This document shows, piece by piece, positions 1 through 11,529 of a stretch of DNA of 64,000 nt. The translations under genes and the position numbers were made by a program. The stretch spans positions 256,001 to 320,000 of the forward strand of contig BK006948.2 of the NCBI GenBank assembly GCA_000146045.2. Direction: 5' to 3'. Source of the DNA: TPA_inf: Saccharomyces. Its lineage: Eukaryota. The notes beneath the pieces were generated by a model. It made no database searches. It had not been told where the DNA came from and saw only the letters and a list, made by a program, of their open reading frames with translations. The first letter of the stretch is position 1. Each line of letters starts with the position of its first letter.

Positions 1-101
1 TTGCGTTGAGCAGTGAGGAAATTAACCAGTACGTCACCCAAATCGAACAAGAAAAGCAAGAGCAGCAAGAGCAGGACAAAAAGAAAAAATCTAACCATTA
101 A
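1..101 (+). CDS. PRE6: 3' end (last 33 codons and stop) of an upstream gene, probably proteasome alpha subunit PRE6
   Basis: Frame 3 is open from nt 3 to TAA at 99-101 and reads ALSSEEINQYVTQIEQEKQEQQEQDKKKKSNH*. It sits 644 bp upstream of YOL036W, as in the chrXV gene order. The identity rests on recalling the PRE6 C-terminal tail and is not verified. Confidence 0.55.
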   Translation, partial: ALSSEEINQYVTQIEQEKQEQQEQDKKKKSNH

Positions 102-744
102 AAACGGCGATATATATTGGGCATAAAACCTATATAAAATAACAGCAATAATAAAAATGCAAAATATAACATAGCACGGTATAGTTAGCTCATATATGTT
201 TTAACGAGCCTTACATTATATCATTTAATACGATCTCATGTTTTTCGGATTTCGGATCTCGCCAAGAAAACTTGCTGATATAGAATGGAATGGAATGACT
301 TCAAAAACTGCCCACTCATAAAGTTTGCTTCTTTAAATTGAATATATATTCACAGTCCGATTTGAAAAGCTTACCATCTGCCACACGCATTCTACTCCCT
401 AATTTCCACACACAGTGTTTTTGTTTCTATAAAGAAAAAGAAAACCAAAATACTGTACTTTTTCCCATAATTTTCTTTCCATACGCCTATATGCCCATAC
501 TTTGCCCGGTTTATCGAACAACGCTGTGAATTTTGCGAGTCATAAAAGACTTATCGTACCATTATACCCCATTCATTATCAAAACATTATCTTATTTATA
601 TATCCAATTTAAAATCCTGTTTTTTAAGAAATAATTTCCAATACATTATTATAACTTATTGATACCTATTTAGAATCGATATTTGGTCTTTTCTTTGAGA
701 AGAAAAAAGAAAAGAAATAAAAAAAAAGTTCACAAAAGTTTGTC

Positions 745-3030
745 ATGGAACACCAAGATAGTTCGCCACCTAGATTCAGGAACTCTGGCTCTAATAGAGT
801 CACTGTGTATAACGGTACTACCCTGCCTACGATGCCCAAGAGCGCCACACCAACATCGAGCTCAACAACAGTTACTACGCATTTGCAAAATATTAAGGAG
901 GAGGAAACAAACGATGACGAACTCACCCAAGTGGATCGTTCATCTCCTCGTGTTTTGGGGAGGATCTCCTCTACGTCCTCATCTTCATCCAATATTGATT
1001 TGCGCGATAACTTGGACATGTTACACGAAATAGAAAAATCAAATACTAATATTTCTTTATCAGCTCCTAATTTGCATGAGGAACTGGGCGTTCTCAGCGA
1101 TAAAGGTAACAGTAAAGAAGAATTGGCTTTGTTACCACCTTTACCTCACACAGGAGAAATGGAAATCACTCCACAATTTGATATCAACGAGGCTATTTTT
1201 GAACGAGATGACATCAGCCACTCTTCAAGGCTAGAACCAGATGACGTGTTAACAAAGTTAGCGAACTCTACTCGAGATGCTACGGGTGAAGATCAGGGGT
1301 TTGTTGTCATGACTCATGGCCACGATGCGTCGACAAACGACGATTCGCAATTAAGCGCTACTATTCTTGACAATCAGACGTCATTTGATCTTTCTAAAGC
1401 TCTAGAGATGACTAGCCATTCAAATATTTCTAATATTATTAATAGTTCCGGTTCTGAGGGAAGACGTTCAAGGACACCGGTAAGCAATTCCACTCTGAAA
1501 CCAAATTTATCATCTCCTGAAAGCGCAGAACGTGAAGCAAACACGACTTCGTCCTCCTCTACGTCGGATCACGGGGCAACAATGCAATATGATCCCAAGA
1601 AAATAATAACTCCAATTCCTGTTTTACCTTCCTCTGTCCGTGAACAGCAACAGAACAATGCACCTTTGAGAGAAAGAAGCAGATCTAATTCTAGTGCACT
1701 GGCATCTACACTGAGAGATACGATCATTTCAGGACTGCCTCAAAATATTAATTCTGTAGAAAGAAAGTTATCAAGGAAGAGTAACAGGAGTAGGAAGAAT
1801 ACGGTGACTTTTGAAGATCGTCTTCAGAAATTGCCACCCTTAAGCACCCAAATTTCGAACCAGTACGCCAAGGTAGCACCAGCTGAGAACAATATCGCCT
1901 TACACTTTCATAACTTACCTACACCAGTATCAAACACTCAAACGCCTGTTACGTTTCAGTCTGAATCCGGACTGACAGGGGGAGAAAAGAAAATGCCTTT
2001 TTTGAGAAGAGCATCTAGTGCCCTATTAAGAAAGACATCTGCCAAAAATTGCTCCAATTTAACCAGAACAAATACACCTACTTTATCGACATCCTCAACA
2101 TTTGAGTCAGATCTAAATGCTCGGCAGCCCATGCTAATTCGACGATCTTCCACTATTGATAATAAACTACCTAGGAGGCAGCTTTCGTGCTCGAAGCTTT
2201 ATTCGCGCCTCAATTCGGACAGCAAGTTTGCGAATAGCAGTCGAGCTTCGGAGGAGGTCTTAGTGTCCACTCCAAATGACACAGAACACGTCTACAGAAA
2301 GACATCTCTAGGTTCTAAGATAAAGAGAGGTTTTACTAGAATATTGAGCGACAGTAATAATAGTAAGGAAATTCTCACTTTATCACCCAAATCTATGGTG
2401 ACTACGGGGCCTACAGAATTGTCGTTTTCCTCTTTATCAACCGTGGGAGGACATCCGACAACGCCAGTCTCAAAAGAAAATGATCGAGTTTCAATAGATG
2501 GCGTGAGTACATTTAATCGAGCATCAACATCTCTTCCAGAATCATCAACAGACGACATCTCTCCACTACGCGAAGAAGGTAAGATTAATGTTCCTAAAAG
2601 AACGTCAAGTAGAAAGATACTGTCTAAAAATTCAAGCAAAAAAAATGTACTGCCTGAACAGCAAACAAAGCCAAGTGAAATATATCTGGATAAAGAAGCC
2701 TTACAAAGTTTTGTTCCCGTACTCTCTGTCACAGAGGGTACTCATCGCATCAATCGCTCGTCGTTACAAACGCAATCTACCATCGGATTATGCATTACCA
2801 ATTTAAGAAACAAAGAAGGCATGAAGCTCAATGCCAAGGAATACGTGGAAATCCTGGCTCAGCAGCAACGCAAGGAAGATGAAAGGTATGCTGTTTTGGA
2901 AAGAAAATTTGCATCTTGTAGATGGTGCAGTGATAAGGACCTGCAGTATTTGAAAAAGAAACGAATTTCCATGAATAAGATATGGTCTGATTATGTCCGA
3001 TTTTACCGTGGAAAGTTGAACAACCCATGA
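745..3030 (+). CDS. YOL036W: Ser/Thr-rich protein of unknown function (761 aa), YOL036W-like
   Basis: 761-aa ORF starting at an ATG. The protein is very S/T/N-rich with many SP/TP sites, and its size and neighbours match YOL036W, immediately upstream of SMC5. Confidence 0.8.
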   Translation: MEHQDSSPPRFRNSGSNRVTVYNGTTLPTMPKSATPTSSSTTVTTHLQNIKEEETNDDELTQVDRSSPRVLGRISSTSSSSSNIDLRDNLDMLHEIEKSNTNISLSAPNLHEELGVLSDKGNSKEELALLPPLPHTGEMEITPQFDINEAIFERDDISHSSRLEPDDVLTKLANSTRDATGEDQGFVVMTHGHDASTNDDSQLSATILDNQTSFDLSKALEMTSHSNISNIINSSGSEGRRSRTPVSNSTLKPNLSSPESAEREANTTSSSSTSDHGATMQYDPKKIITPIPVLPSSVREQQQNNAPLRERSRSNSSALASTLRDTIISGLPQNINSVERKLSRKSNRSRKNTVTFEDRLQKLPPLSTQISNQYAKVAPAENNIALHFHNLPTPVSNTQTPVTFQSESGLTGGEKKMPFLRRASSALLRKTSAKNCSNLTRTNTPTLSTSSTFESDLNARQPMLIRRSSTIDNKLPRRQLSCSKLYSRLNSDSKFANSSRASEEVLVSTPNDTEHVYRKTSLGSKIKRGFTRILSDSNNSKEILTLSPKSMVTTGPTELSFSSLSTVGGHPTTPVSKENDRVSIDGVSTFNRASTSLPESSTDDISPLREEGKINVPKRTSSRKILSKNSSKKNVLPEQQTKPSEIYLDKEALQSFVPVLSVTEGTHRINRSSLQTQSTIGLCITNLRNKEGMKLNAKEYVEILAQQQRKEDERYAVLERKFASCRWCSDKDLQYLKKKRISMNKIWSDYVRFYRGKLNNP

Positions 3031-3488
3031 AGGAAAAAGGTCTTGGCTATATATAACGGCAGACAAAATATAAGTATACACGTATATATGGTGGTAAACA
3101 CGCATATACTGTATGCCATGTATTTACCATTACATAGTTATTTACGCACTCTATAAAAAGTTAACATTGCATTTTAATAAATTCCTTAAATTACTCTAAT
3201 TAGGATGGTAGCCCTACCTTTTTTTTTTTTGGCACACATGGTCAACTTTTCTTCTCATGCTTTAAAAGGCGAGAAAAAATGAAAATTAGCAAAATGACCT
3301 TTCCCTCCTTCCCACATTGAATATATACACTGGAAGATATAAGCAACCAGTACTGTAGATAAAAAAGATCACTACGATATTCGTCGGACTCCAGTCGGAG
3401 TGCAGTGCCCGATTACTCTTAATTGCACGCATCGTGCCAAGTTTAATTGGTATTGCTCGAACATCTAGGAATAAGAGAAGGACTTACT

Positions 3489-3582
3489 TTAGAATGATGA
3501 AAGAGGTAGCAATTTGCAGCAGATTTTTCGTGATTGAATCAAACAAAGATTAACCTTTACAGAACCGCTACACTGATACTAA
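3489..3582 (+). ncRNA. SNR50: C/D-box snoRNA (snR50-like); guide predicts 2'-O-methylation of 25S rRNA G867
   Basis: Box C ATGATGA lies at 3494-3500 and box D CTGA at 3573-3576. A terminal stem is formed by TTAG(A) and TACTAA flanking the boxes. The 12 nt cagaaccgctac immediately 5' of box D are complementary to 25S rRNA GUAGCGGUUCUG, which I recalled from memory. The nucleotide 5 nt upstream of box D pairs with the G of UAG in that rRNA stretch. Ends are approximate. Confidence 0.6.
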
Positions 3583-3787
3583 TGTAAGAAACATTTCCTT
3601 TATTTTTTTTCTAGCCCGTAGTGTACTCTTATAGTTTTGATATTTCCTTTCTATCTTTGTAAATGTAAATAATCACATTTGTCTGACAACACACTTGTTG
3701 CCACTAATTATTTCAACAAGCTGGCATAGCTGATCTTATTAATCTTGTAGACCGTTCAGGATGACTGGGCTATATTATGGCGTTAAC

Positions 3788-3796
3788 TTTCGCGTT
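3788..3796. promoter_or_regulatory. MCB/SCB-like element (AACGCGAAA on the minus strand) about 130 bp upstream of SMC5
   Basis: tttcgcgtt at 3788-3796 is the reverse complement of AACGCGAAA. It combines the MBF core ACGCG with the SBF core CGCGAAA, which fits a DNA-repair and S-phase gene promoter. This is a motif match only. Confidence 0.3.
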
Positions 3797-3922
3797 GGAT
3801 TACCTTTTTATGCGATGACAAGATGCCGATAATAGGTATTTACTTTCACAAGTACGTGTACGCAATTCTAAAGGAAGTATATCAAATAAAAGGGCGTGGT
3901 ACATAAAAGCTATATCCCTAGC

Positions 3923-6900
3923 ATGACCAGTCTAATAGATTTGGGCAGATATGTTGAAAGAACGCATCATGGAGAAGATACAGAGCCAAGATCGAAAAGG
4001 GTAAAAATCGCAAAACCTGACTTGTCTTCCTTCCAACCAGGCAGCATTATTAAGATCCGTTTACAGGATTTTGTTACTTACACTTTAACCGAATTCAATC
4101 TTTCACCGTCTTTAAATATGATCATTGGGCCAAACGGATCTGGAAAATCTACTTTCGTATGCGCAGTGTGTTTAGGATTGGCTGGTAAACCCGAGTATAT
4201 TGGTAGGAGTAAAAAAGTGGAAGATTTCATCAAAAATGGTCAAGATGTTTCAAAAATTGAAATCACCTTGAAAAATTCACCAAATGTTACTGATATTGAA
4301 TACATAGACGCACGTGATGAAACAATAAAGATTACCAGGATTATTACGAGATCCAAGAGGAGATCGGATTATCTAATAAATGACTACCAGGTATCTGAGA
4401 GTGTAGTTAAAACTTTAGTTGCTCAGCTGAACATTCAGTTGGATAATCTTTGTCAATTTTTATCTCAAGAGCGTGTTGAGGAGTTTGCTCGCTTGAAGTC
4501 AGTTAAATTATTAGTAGAGACTATAAGGTCAATCGATGCAAGCTTATTGGATGTGTTGGATGAACTAAGGGAATTACAAGGAAATGAGCAAAGCTTGCAA
4601 AAAGATCTCGATTTTAAAAAAGCTAAAATTGTTCATTTGAGACAAGAAAGTGATAAACTACGTAAATCAGTTGAATCTTTACGAGATTTTCAAAATAAGA
4701 AGGGTGAAATCGAGTTACACTCCCAACTATTACCTTATGTGAAAGTAAAGGACCATAAAGAAAAGCTAAACATATATAAAGAAGAATACGAACGAGCGAA
4801 AGCGAACTTAAGGGCTATACTGAAGGATAAAAAACCATTTGCAAATACTAAGAAGACTTTGGAAAATCAGGTGGAAGAGTTAACAGAGAAGTGTTCCCTA
4901 AAAACTGATGAGTTCCTGAAAGCAAAAGAAAAGATCAACGAAATCTTCGAAAAATTAAATACTATTAGGGATGAGGTCATCAAAAAGAAAAACCAGAACG
5001 AATATTATAGAGGAAGAACCAAAAAACTACAGGCCACCATTATTAGTACAAAGGAAGATTTTCTAAGGAGTCAGGAAATATTAGCACAAACACATCTTCC
5101 TGAGAAAAGCGTATTTGAAGATATAGACATTAAAAGAAAGGAAATTATTAATAAAGAAGGCGAAATTAGGGATCTTATTTCCGAAATTGATGCGAAGGCG
5201 AACGCTATTAATCATGAGATGAGAAGCATACAGAGACAAGCTGAAAGCAAGACCAAATCCCTTACAACAACTGATAAAATCGGTATCTTAAATCAGGACC
5301 AGGATTTAAAGGAGGTCCGTGATGCTGTGTTGATGGTTAGAGAGCATCCAGAAATGAAAGATAAAATTCTAGAACCGCCAATAATGACCGTGTCTGCCAT
5401 TAACGCTCAATTTGCTGCATATTTAGCACAATGTGTGGATTATAATACGAGTAAAGCCTTGACTGTTGTTGATTCTGATTCTTACAAGCTATTTGCAAAT
5501 CCAATTCTTGACAAATTCAAGGTTAATTTGAGAGAACTCTCCAGTGCAGACACCACCCCTCCTGTACCAGCGGAAACGGTGAGGGACCTGGGATTTGAGG
5601 GTTATCTATCCGATTTTATTACCGGTGATAAGAGGGTTATGAAAATGCTTTGTCAAACTAGCAAAATTCATACTATACCGGTATCAAGAAGGGAATTGAC
5701 GCCTGCTCAGATAAAGAAGTTGATTACACCAAGACCGAATGGGAAAATTCTTTTTAAAAGGATTATTCATGGGAATAGGTTAGTCGATATCAAGCAATCA
5801 GCATATGGTAGTAAGCAGGTCTTTCCTACTGACGTTAGTATTAAACAAACTAATTTTTATCAGGGATCAATCATGTCAAATGAGCAGAAAATTAGAATTG
5901 AAAATGAAATTATCAACTTAAAGAATGAATACAACGATCGAAAATCTACGTTAGATGCATTGTCAAACCAGAAAAGTGGTTATAGGCACGAATTATCTGA
6001 GTTGGCGTCAAAAAACGACGATATTAATAGGGAAGCTCATCAATTAAATGAGATTCGCAAGAAGTACACTATGAGAAAAAGTACAATAGAGACTTTAAGA
6101 GAGAAATTAGATCAACTGAAACGTGAAGCTAGAAAGGACGTATCTCAAAAGATTAAAGATATTGATGATCAGATCCAACAACTATTACTCAAGCAAAGAC
6201 ATTTGCTGTCTAAAATGGCCTCTTCAATGAAGAGTTTAAAGAATTGTCAGAAGGAGTTAATAAGTACTCAAATCCTTCAATTTGAAGCCCAAAATATGGA
6301 TGTTTCTATGAATGACGTAATTGGTTTTTTCAATGAGAGGGAAGCTGATTTGAAGAGCCAATATGAAGACAAGAAAAAGTTCGTAAAAGAAATGAGAGAC
6401 ACTCCTGAATTTCAATCATGGATGAGAGAAATCAGGTCTTATGACCAAGACACTAAGGAAAAATTGAATAAAGTGGCAGAAAAATACGAGGAGGAAGGGA
6501 ATTTCAATCTGTCATTCGTTCAGGATGTTCTCGATAAATTAGAATCGGAGATAGCTATGGTAAACCACGACGAGTCAGCCGTAACAATTTTGGATCAAGT
6601 CACAGCCGAACTGAGAGAGTTGGAGCACACGGTTCCTCAGCAGTCGAAAGACTTGGAGACCATTAAAGCTAAATTAAAAGAAGATCACGCAGTTTTGGAG
6701 CCCAAATTAGATGATATTGTATCAAAAATCTCTGCAAGATTTGCGCGCTTATTCAACAATGTTGGGAGTGCTGGTGCGGTTCGTCTAGAAAAGCCGAAGG
6801 ACTATGCTGAATGGAAGATAGAAATCATGGTAAAATTCAGAGATAATGCACCTTTAAAAAAGTTAGATTCCCACACGCAATCAGGTGGTGAAAGAGCTGT

Positions 6901-7204
6901 TTCTACAGTTCTTTACATGATTGCTTTGCAAGAGTTTACCTCTGCACCATTTAGAGTGGTTGATGAAATCAATCAAGGTATGGACTCTAGAAATGAAAGG
7001 ATCGTTCATAAAGCTATGGTGGAGAACGCGTGTGCCGAAAACACTTCTCAATATTTTTTAATCACTCCAAAATTATTGACTGGCTTGCATTATCATGAAA
7101 AGATGAGAATACACTGTGTCATGGCTGGTTCTTGGATTCCAAACCCTTCTGAGGATCCGAAGATGATACATTTCGGTGAAACTTCTAACTACTCATTCGA
7201 TTAA
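3923..7204 (+). CDS. SMC5: SMC5, structural maintenance of chromosomes protein (Smc5/6 complex), 1093 aa
   Basis: Walker [10 protein letters not shown] near the N-terminus, a long coiled-coil middle, the ABC signature QSGGERAVS and Walker [13 protein letters not shown] near the C-terminus. The ORF-track start at 3896 is a GTG codon, so I trimmed to the first ATG at 3923 ([10 protein letters not shown]). Confidence 0.9.
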
Positions 7205-7474
7205 TCTTTCACTATTGCATAATTAATTATACACATATAGATGTAAACATGTTTATAACCAAGACGTTTGGTCTCATCTAGCAAAAATGTCTTCTAGTGT
7301 CAGCTGTCTTACCTCACAAATGTAAGGCTTCACCAAATAAAGAACTAATTAAATAGAACGCGCTTAAGAAAAGCTGCAATAATTAATTTCTTATATTAAA
7401 TTCGAGGCACCAAAGCAAGCAACCGCTACATGACAAAAATCTAATCTGGTACAGAAGAACTATAAAATAACAAT

Positions 7475-9085
7475 ATGATCATGTTGAGAATACCGACACG
7501 GTCTTATTGTTCACCTTCGAAGCTAATAAAGGGCGTAGGTCTCTCACCATTGAAGAAATCTCTGTTATCCAAGAAAATAAAGGAAGATATCCATCCTTCT
7601 TTACCTGTTAGAACTAGGTTTGCGCCTTCTCCAACTGGGTTTTTACACTTGGGGTCACTGAGAACAGCCCTTTACAATTACCTATTAGCAAGAAACACCA
7701 ATGGGCAGTTTTTGCTTCGTTTAGAAGATACAGACCAGAAGAGGCTAATAGAGGGAGCAGAAGAAAACATCTACGAGATTCTGAAATGGTGTAACATAAA
7801 CTACGATGAAACCCCTATAAAGCAAAGTGAAAGGAAACTAATATATGACAAATATGTAAAAATATTACTATCTTCTGGGAAGGCGTATAGATGTTTTTGT
7901 TCAAAGGAGCGATTGAACGATTTGAGACACTCTGCAATGGAATTGAAACCTCCTTCGATGGCAAGCTATGATCGATGTTGTGCACACTTAGGGGAGGAAG
8001 AAATAAAATCTAAGCTAGCGCAAGGTATACCTTTCACTGTGCGGTTTAAATCGCCAGAACGATATCCAACGTTTACTGATCTTTTACATGGACAAATAAA
8101 TCTTCAACCGCAAGTAAACTTTAACGATAAACGGTACGATGACCTTATCCTTGTTAAGTCGGATAAGTTGCCAACCTATCATCTGGCAAATGTTGTGGAT
8201 GACCATTTGATGGGAATAACCCATGTTATAAGAGGTGAGGAATGGCTGCCCTCTACTCCTAAACATATCGCCCTATATAATGCATTTGGGTGGGCTTGCC
8301 CAAAGTTCATCCACATTCCCTTATTGACGACGGTTGGTGATAAGAAATTGAGTAAAAGAAAAGGTGATATGTCTATCTCGGATTTAAAAAGACAGGGAGT
8401 TTTGCCAGAAGCTTTGATTAACTTTTGTGCGCTATTTGGCTGGTCTCCTCCAAGAGATCTGGCTTCGAAAAAGCATGAGTGTTTTTCAATGGAGGAATTG
8501 GAAACCATTTTTAATTTGAATGGTTTGACGAAGGGAAATGCCAAAGTCGATGATAAAAAATTGTGGTTCTTCAATAAGCATTTTTTGCAAAAAAGAATAC
8601 TTAATCCTTCTACATTGAGGGAGCTTGTCGACGACATTATGCCTTCTTTAGAGTCCATATATAACACATCTACCATAAGCCGTGAGAAAGTAGCTAAAAT
8701 TTTACTGAACTGTGGTGGTTCTCTATCAAGGATTAACGATTTTCATGATGAATTTTATTATTTTTTTGAAAAGCCCAAATATAATGATAATGATGCTGTC
8801 ACGAAATTTCTAAGCAAGAACGAAAGCCGCCACATTGCTCACTTATTGAAGAAGCTTGGACAGTTTCAAGAGGGCACCGATGCTCAAGAAGTCGAATCTA
8901 TGGTCGAAACGATGTATTATGAGAACGGTTTTTCTAGGAAAGTCACGTATCAGGCAATGAGATTTGCTCTTGCGGGATGTCACCCAGGTGCCAAAATAGC
9001 AGCCATGATAGATATTTTGGGCATCAAGGAAAGTAACAAAAGATTATCCGAAGGTTTACAGTTCTTGCAAAGAGAGAAAAAGTAA
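7475..9085 (+). CDS. MSE1: Mitochondrial glutamyl-tRNA synthetase, 536 aa
   Basis: Class I aaRS with a HIGH-type motif (PTGFLHLGSLRTALYNY) and a KMSKS-type motif (KLSKRKGD), on a GluRS catalytic-domain architecture. An N-terminal presequence-like region is present. Position between SMC5 and OPI10 fits. Confidence 0.88.
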   Translation: MIMLRIPTRSYCSPSKLIKGVGLSPLKKSLLSKKIKEDIHPSLPVRTRFAPSPTGFLHLGSLRTALYNYLLARNTNGQFLLRLEDTDQKRLIEGAEENIYEILKWCNINYDETPIKQSERKLIYDKYVKILLSSGKAYRCFCSKERLNDLRHSAMELKPPSMASYDRCCAHLGEEEIKSKLAQGIPFTVRFKSPERYPTFTDLLHGQINLQPQVNFNDKRYDDLILVKSDKLPTYHLANVVDDHLMGITHVIRGEEWLPSTPKHIALYNAFGWACPKFIHIPLLTTVGDKKLSKRKGDMSISDLKRQGVLPEALINFCALFGWSPPRDLASKKHECFSMEELETIFNLNGLTKGNAKVDDKKLWFFNKHFLQKRILNPSTLRELVDDIMPSLESIYNTSTISREKVAKILLNCGGSLSRINDFHDEFYYFFEKPKYNDNDAVTKFLSKNESRHIAHLLKKLGQFQEGTDAQEVESMVETMYYENGFSRKVTYQAMRFALAGCHPGAKIAAMIDILGIKESNKRLSEGLQFLQREKK

Positions 9086-9428
9086 TAATAATATTAATAA
9101 AAGGTTTCGATACAATAGGGTCATGTAAATACGTCATATACATAATGTAATTAGCCACTACTGTATACGTTTATTTTGTTATTATGATTAAGCTTGATTA
9201 AGTTTAATTAAGTTTAATTGAATTTTCTTAATGAAGCCGACCGAACGTTCTGGAAGAGTTATATAGGAATCGGGTACTAAAAGCGAAATTTGGGGATAAA
9301 AGGAGAGATCTACATTTTATTTAAAATACGTCAATTCGACTCACCCTTTAAATACGAAAATAAGTGGTCTAATAAATTTGCAAATTCGGAGATTGATAAG
9401 AAATATTTGAGTGAGAGAAAATAAAGAA

Positions 9429-10169
9429 ATGTTTGCTGCAATTGCCTCAGGAAATCCATTGCAACTATCGGTAGAAGTCCCCAATTCAAATGGGTTACAG
9501 CATACAATTGTCCTTTCTCGAACGAAACCGAAACTATACTCGCATATAACACTGTTTATATTACCTAATGTTACCTTTCCTCAGGATTATATAGCTACAG
9601 TCTATTTCAAACTTAGCCCTCAGGAAGAATTTAAACTATTTGGGTACCTAAGCAGTGAGAAACCCAGTGCCATATTCAAAGTGCAAATACCGAGCTCGAA
9701 GAAAGACGCTGGAGATACAAGTGATGGATTAGGTGAGATAGACATGGATGTAGATGATGGTTCGGGGGCCGCTGATCCGTTTACTGACACCAATGGAAGT
9801 AGCAGTAATAACATATCAGAATTGATTATTGGTATTTCCATTGAGCCTCGAGAACAAGGAATGATGAAATTAGAAGAGTGGAAGGCCAGCATGAATGCCG
9901 AAGCACAAAAGAACAACTCATTGATCTTGTCAAGACCTAACTTAGGAATAATTCGAAATATTACCACGGCAGGGCAGTTGGCACAAGTTTACCCTTCATT
10001 GACACAAGAATTGGCCGCCAAAATCGTTCAGCATGCATATAACTATTTATCAGGGTTCCTAGATGCTCAGGGAAACGTGCCCATCAAGAGGTTTGATACA
10101 TGGTGGGACAAATTTAGAAATAGACTGGCCAACGACGGGACGTTTTTGGATGAAGTAACTAAAAATTAG
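9429..10169 (+). CDS. OPI10: OPI10 (Hikeshi-like protein), 246 aa
   Basis: The ORF-track start at 9411 is GTG. The first ATG at 9429 gives the 246-aa protein MFAAIASGNPLQ. Size and position match OPI10. Confidence 0.75.
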   Translation: MFAAIASGNPLQLSVEVPNSNGLQHTIVLSRTKPKLYSHITLFILPNVTFPQDYIATVYFKLSPQEEFKLFGYLSSEKPSAIFKVQIPSSKKDAGDTSDGLGEIDMDVDDGSGAADPFTDTNGSSSNNISELIIGISIEPREQGMMKLEEWKASMNAEAQKNNSLILSRPNLGIIRNITTAGQLAQVYPSLTQELAAKIVQHAYNYLSGFLDAQGNVPIKRFDTWWDKFRNRLANDGTFLDEVTKN

Positions 10170-10263
10170 ACACGGATATATAATATATCTCTAATAAGAT
10201 TCACGAAATATTAATTGAAAAAAATATTATTAATATTAAACTATATATGCAATGACAGTGAAA

Positions 10264-11529
10264 TCAGAGTTCATCTCTGAAATTTTTTATTCTATGAGCC
10301 ATGGGGTTGCCAAAGATCAAGTGTCTGCTGTCGATAAGTTTCTTATCAAATGAGTCTTGTTCAGTATCTCTCTCTTGGAGCCCATTGTCCAAGTTAGATT
10401 GCCTGGCTTTACATTGTTGCGCTAACCAATTCAAAAACCCTTTGTTGATCGTGATGTCACTTTTGAAAATTTTCTTCAAGTTGTAAAGGGTGTCAAAAAA
10501 CGTTCTTGTATGTAGTTCATCTATACTTTTGTTCTGGACCATCTCTTGGAACTCGTTTGCCCACTCTTGCAGATTTGACGACCAATTCTCAGCATTTCTT
10601 TTGAACAAAATTAGATTTGTATCGTCATTTTCGTACATGTCGGCCTTCAAAATTTTGCTGATCAACTCCAGGACTTTTATTTGTAACTGTTTGTCCTTGT
10701 TGTTTCTTTCATATACATTTTGTAAAACAACCGTAGAGTATATAGGAAGATCTTCGGATGTGACAGGTAATTCGTTTAAAATGGACAAGTATCTTTTTAT
10801 TAGGATATTAGAGGATCTGTGGTTAGAATCATTCAAATTTGACAGAGCGGCCATGATTTTGCTTTTAAAATTTGGAAAACTTTCATTAATGAACTCGACT
10901 ACAGGAGGATTGTTTCTCAAGCAGCTGGTAATGACTCTAGTACTGAGCTCTCTCAATGTTAACGGCAAATTTTCATTGAGACTAAGGTTGGCCAAGAGGG
11001 CGAATTCATGGGTAATAATTTTGTAGCCGTGCTTGTAATCATGCGCAAATTCCATTATTCTATCAAAACTATCCTCCAATCTGGCAATGTCCTGTGAAGA
11101 TAAAGTCGGGTTAGAATCTATGATGTTTCTCATTTCTTTGAAATCACTGGAAAATTCATAGTCACCAGGCGATGCTTTCATGTCTTCTGAAGATACAATT
11201 AACTCATGGCTACCATTATCACCGACATTCTTCTCATCATTTAGTTTTGCCTCTTTTAAACCTGTGTCCATGTTTATTCTAATGTCCAAACCACCGGGGA
11301 GTTCTTGACCTGGCAGTATGGGCTGCCAATCGTGTCTTGGTTCAAATATCTTAGGATAGCAACGATTATCAACGCAGATCGAATTCCCTGAAATTTCAAG
11401 TTCTTTAAGATCTTCTGCAGATATGATTTCGCCTCCAGATGGCACTGAGTGTATGGATGAATGCAATATTGTACTCGCCACTAATTTCGAAGATAGGGCG
11501 CTCAAAATTATGGGAAGAATCCGGACCAT
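10264..11529 (-). CDS. SIL1: SIL1, ER nucleotide exchange factor for Kar2/BiP, 421 aa
   Basis: N-terminal signal peptide (MVRILPIILSALSSKLVAS) and a C-terminal RDEL ER-retention signal. Size and position match. Confidence 0.85.
   Translation of the reverse strand: MVRILPIILSALSSKLVASTILHSSIHSVPSGGEIISAEDLKELEISGNSICVDNRCYPKIFEPRHDWQPILPGQELPGGLDIRINMDTGLKEAKLNDEKNVGDNGSHELIVSSEDMKASPGDYEFSSDFKEMRNIIDSNPTLSSQDIARLEDSFDRIMEFAHDYKHGYKIITHEFALLANLSLNENLPLTLRELSTRVITSCLRNNPPVVEFINESFPNFKSKIMAALSNLNDSNHRSSNILIKRYLSILNELPVTSEDLPIYSTVVLQNVYERNNKDKQLQIKVLELISKILKADMYENDDTNLILFKRNAENWSSNLQEWANEFQEMVQNKSIDELHTRTFFDTLYNLKKIFKSDITINKGFLNWLAQQCKARQSNLDNGLQERDTEQDSFDKKLIDSRHLIFGNPMAHRIKNFRDEL

Noticed and set aside
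666-1019. 117-aa minus-strand ORF overlapping the 5' end of YOL036W (YOL037C-like dubious ORF)
   Set aside because: It lies almost entirely antisense to the Ser-rich YOL036W coding region, has low-complexity composition and no independent promoter space. It is probably non-coding.
2803-3105. 100-aa minus-strand ORF overlapping the 3' end of YOL036W (YOL035C-like dubious ORF)
   Set aside because: It is antisense to a verified gene and has no recognisable features.
3896-3922. N-terminal extensions in the ORF track for SMC5, OPI10, DIS3, MDM12 and TOP1
   Set aside because: The extended frames begin at GTG or TTG codons that the ORF caller rendered as M (3896 GTG, 9411 GTG, 29450 TTG, 54175 TTG, 59402 TTG). 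The first ATGs give the known protein lengths.
8179-8676. Antisense ORFs of 60-170 aa inside MSE1, TAT2 (30777-31214), YOL036W (2292-2732), DIS3, IRC10 and others
   Set aside because: They lie inside and antisense to well-supported genes and have no conserved motifs. This is the expected background of six-frame translation.
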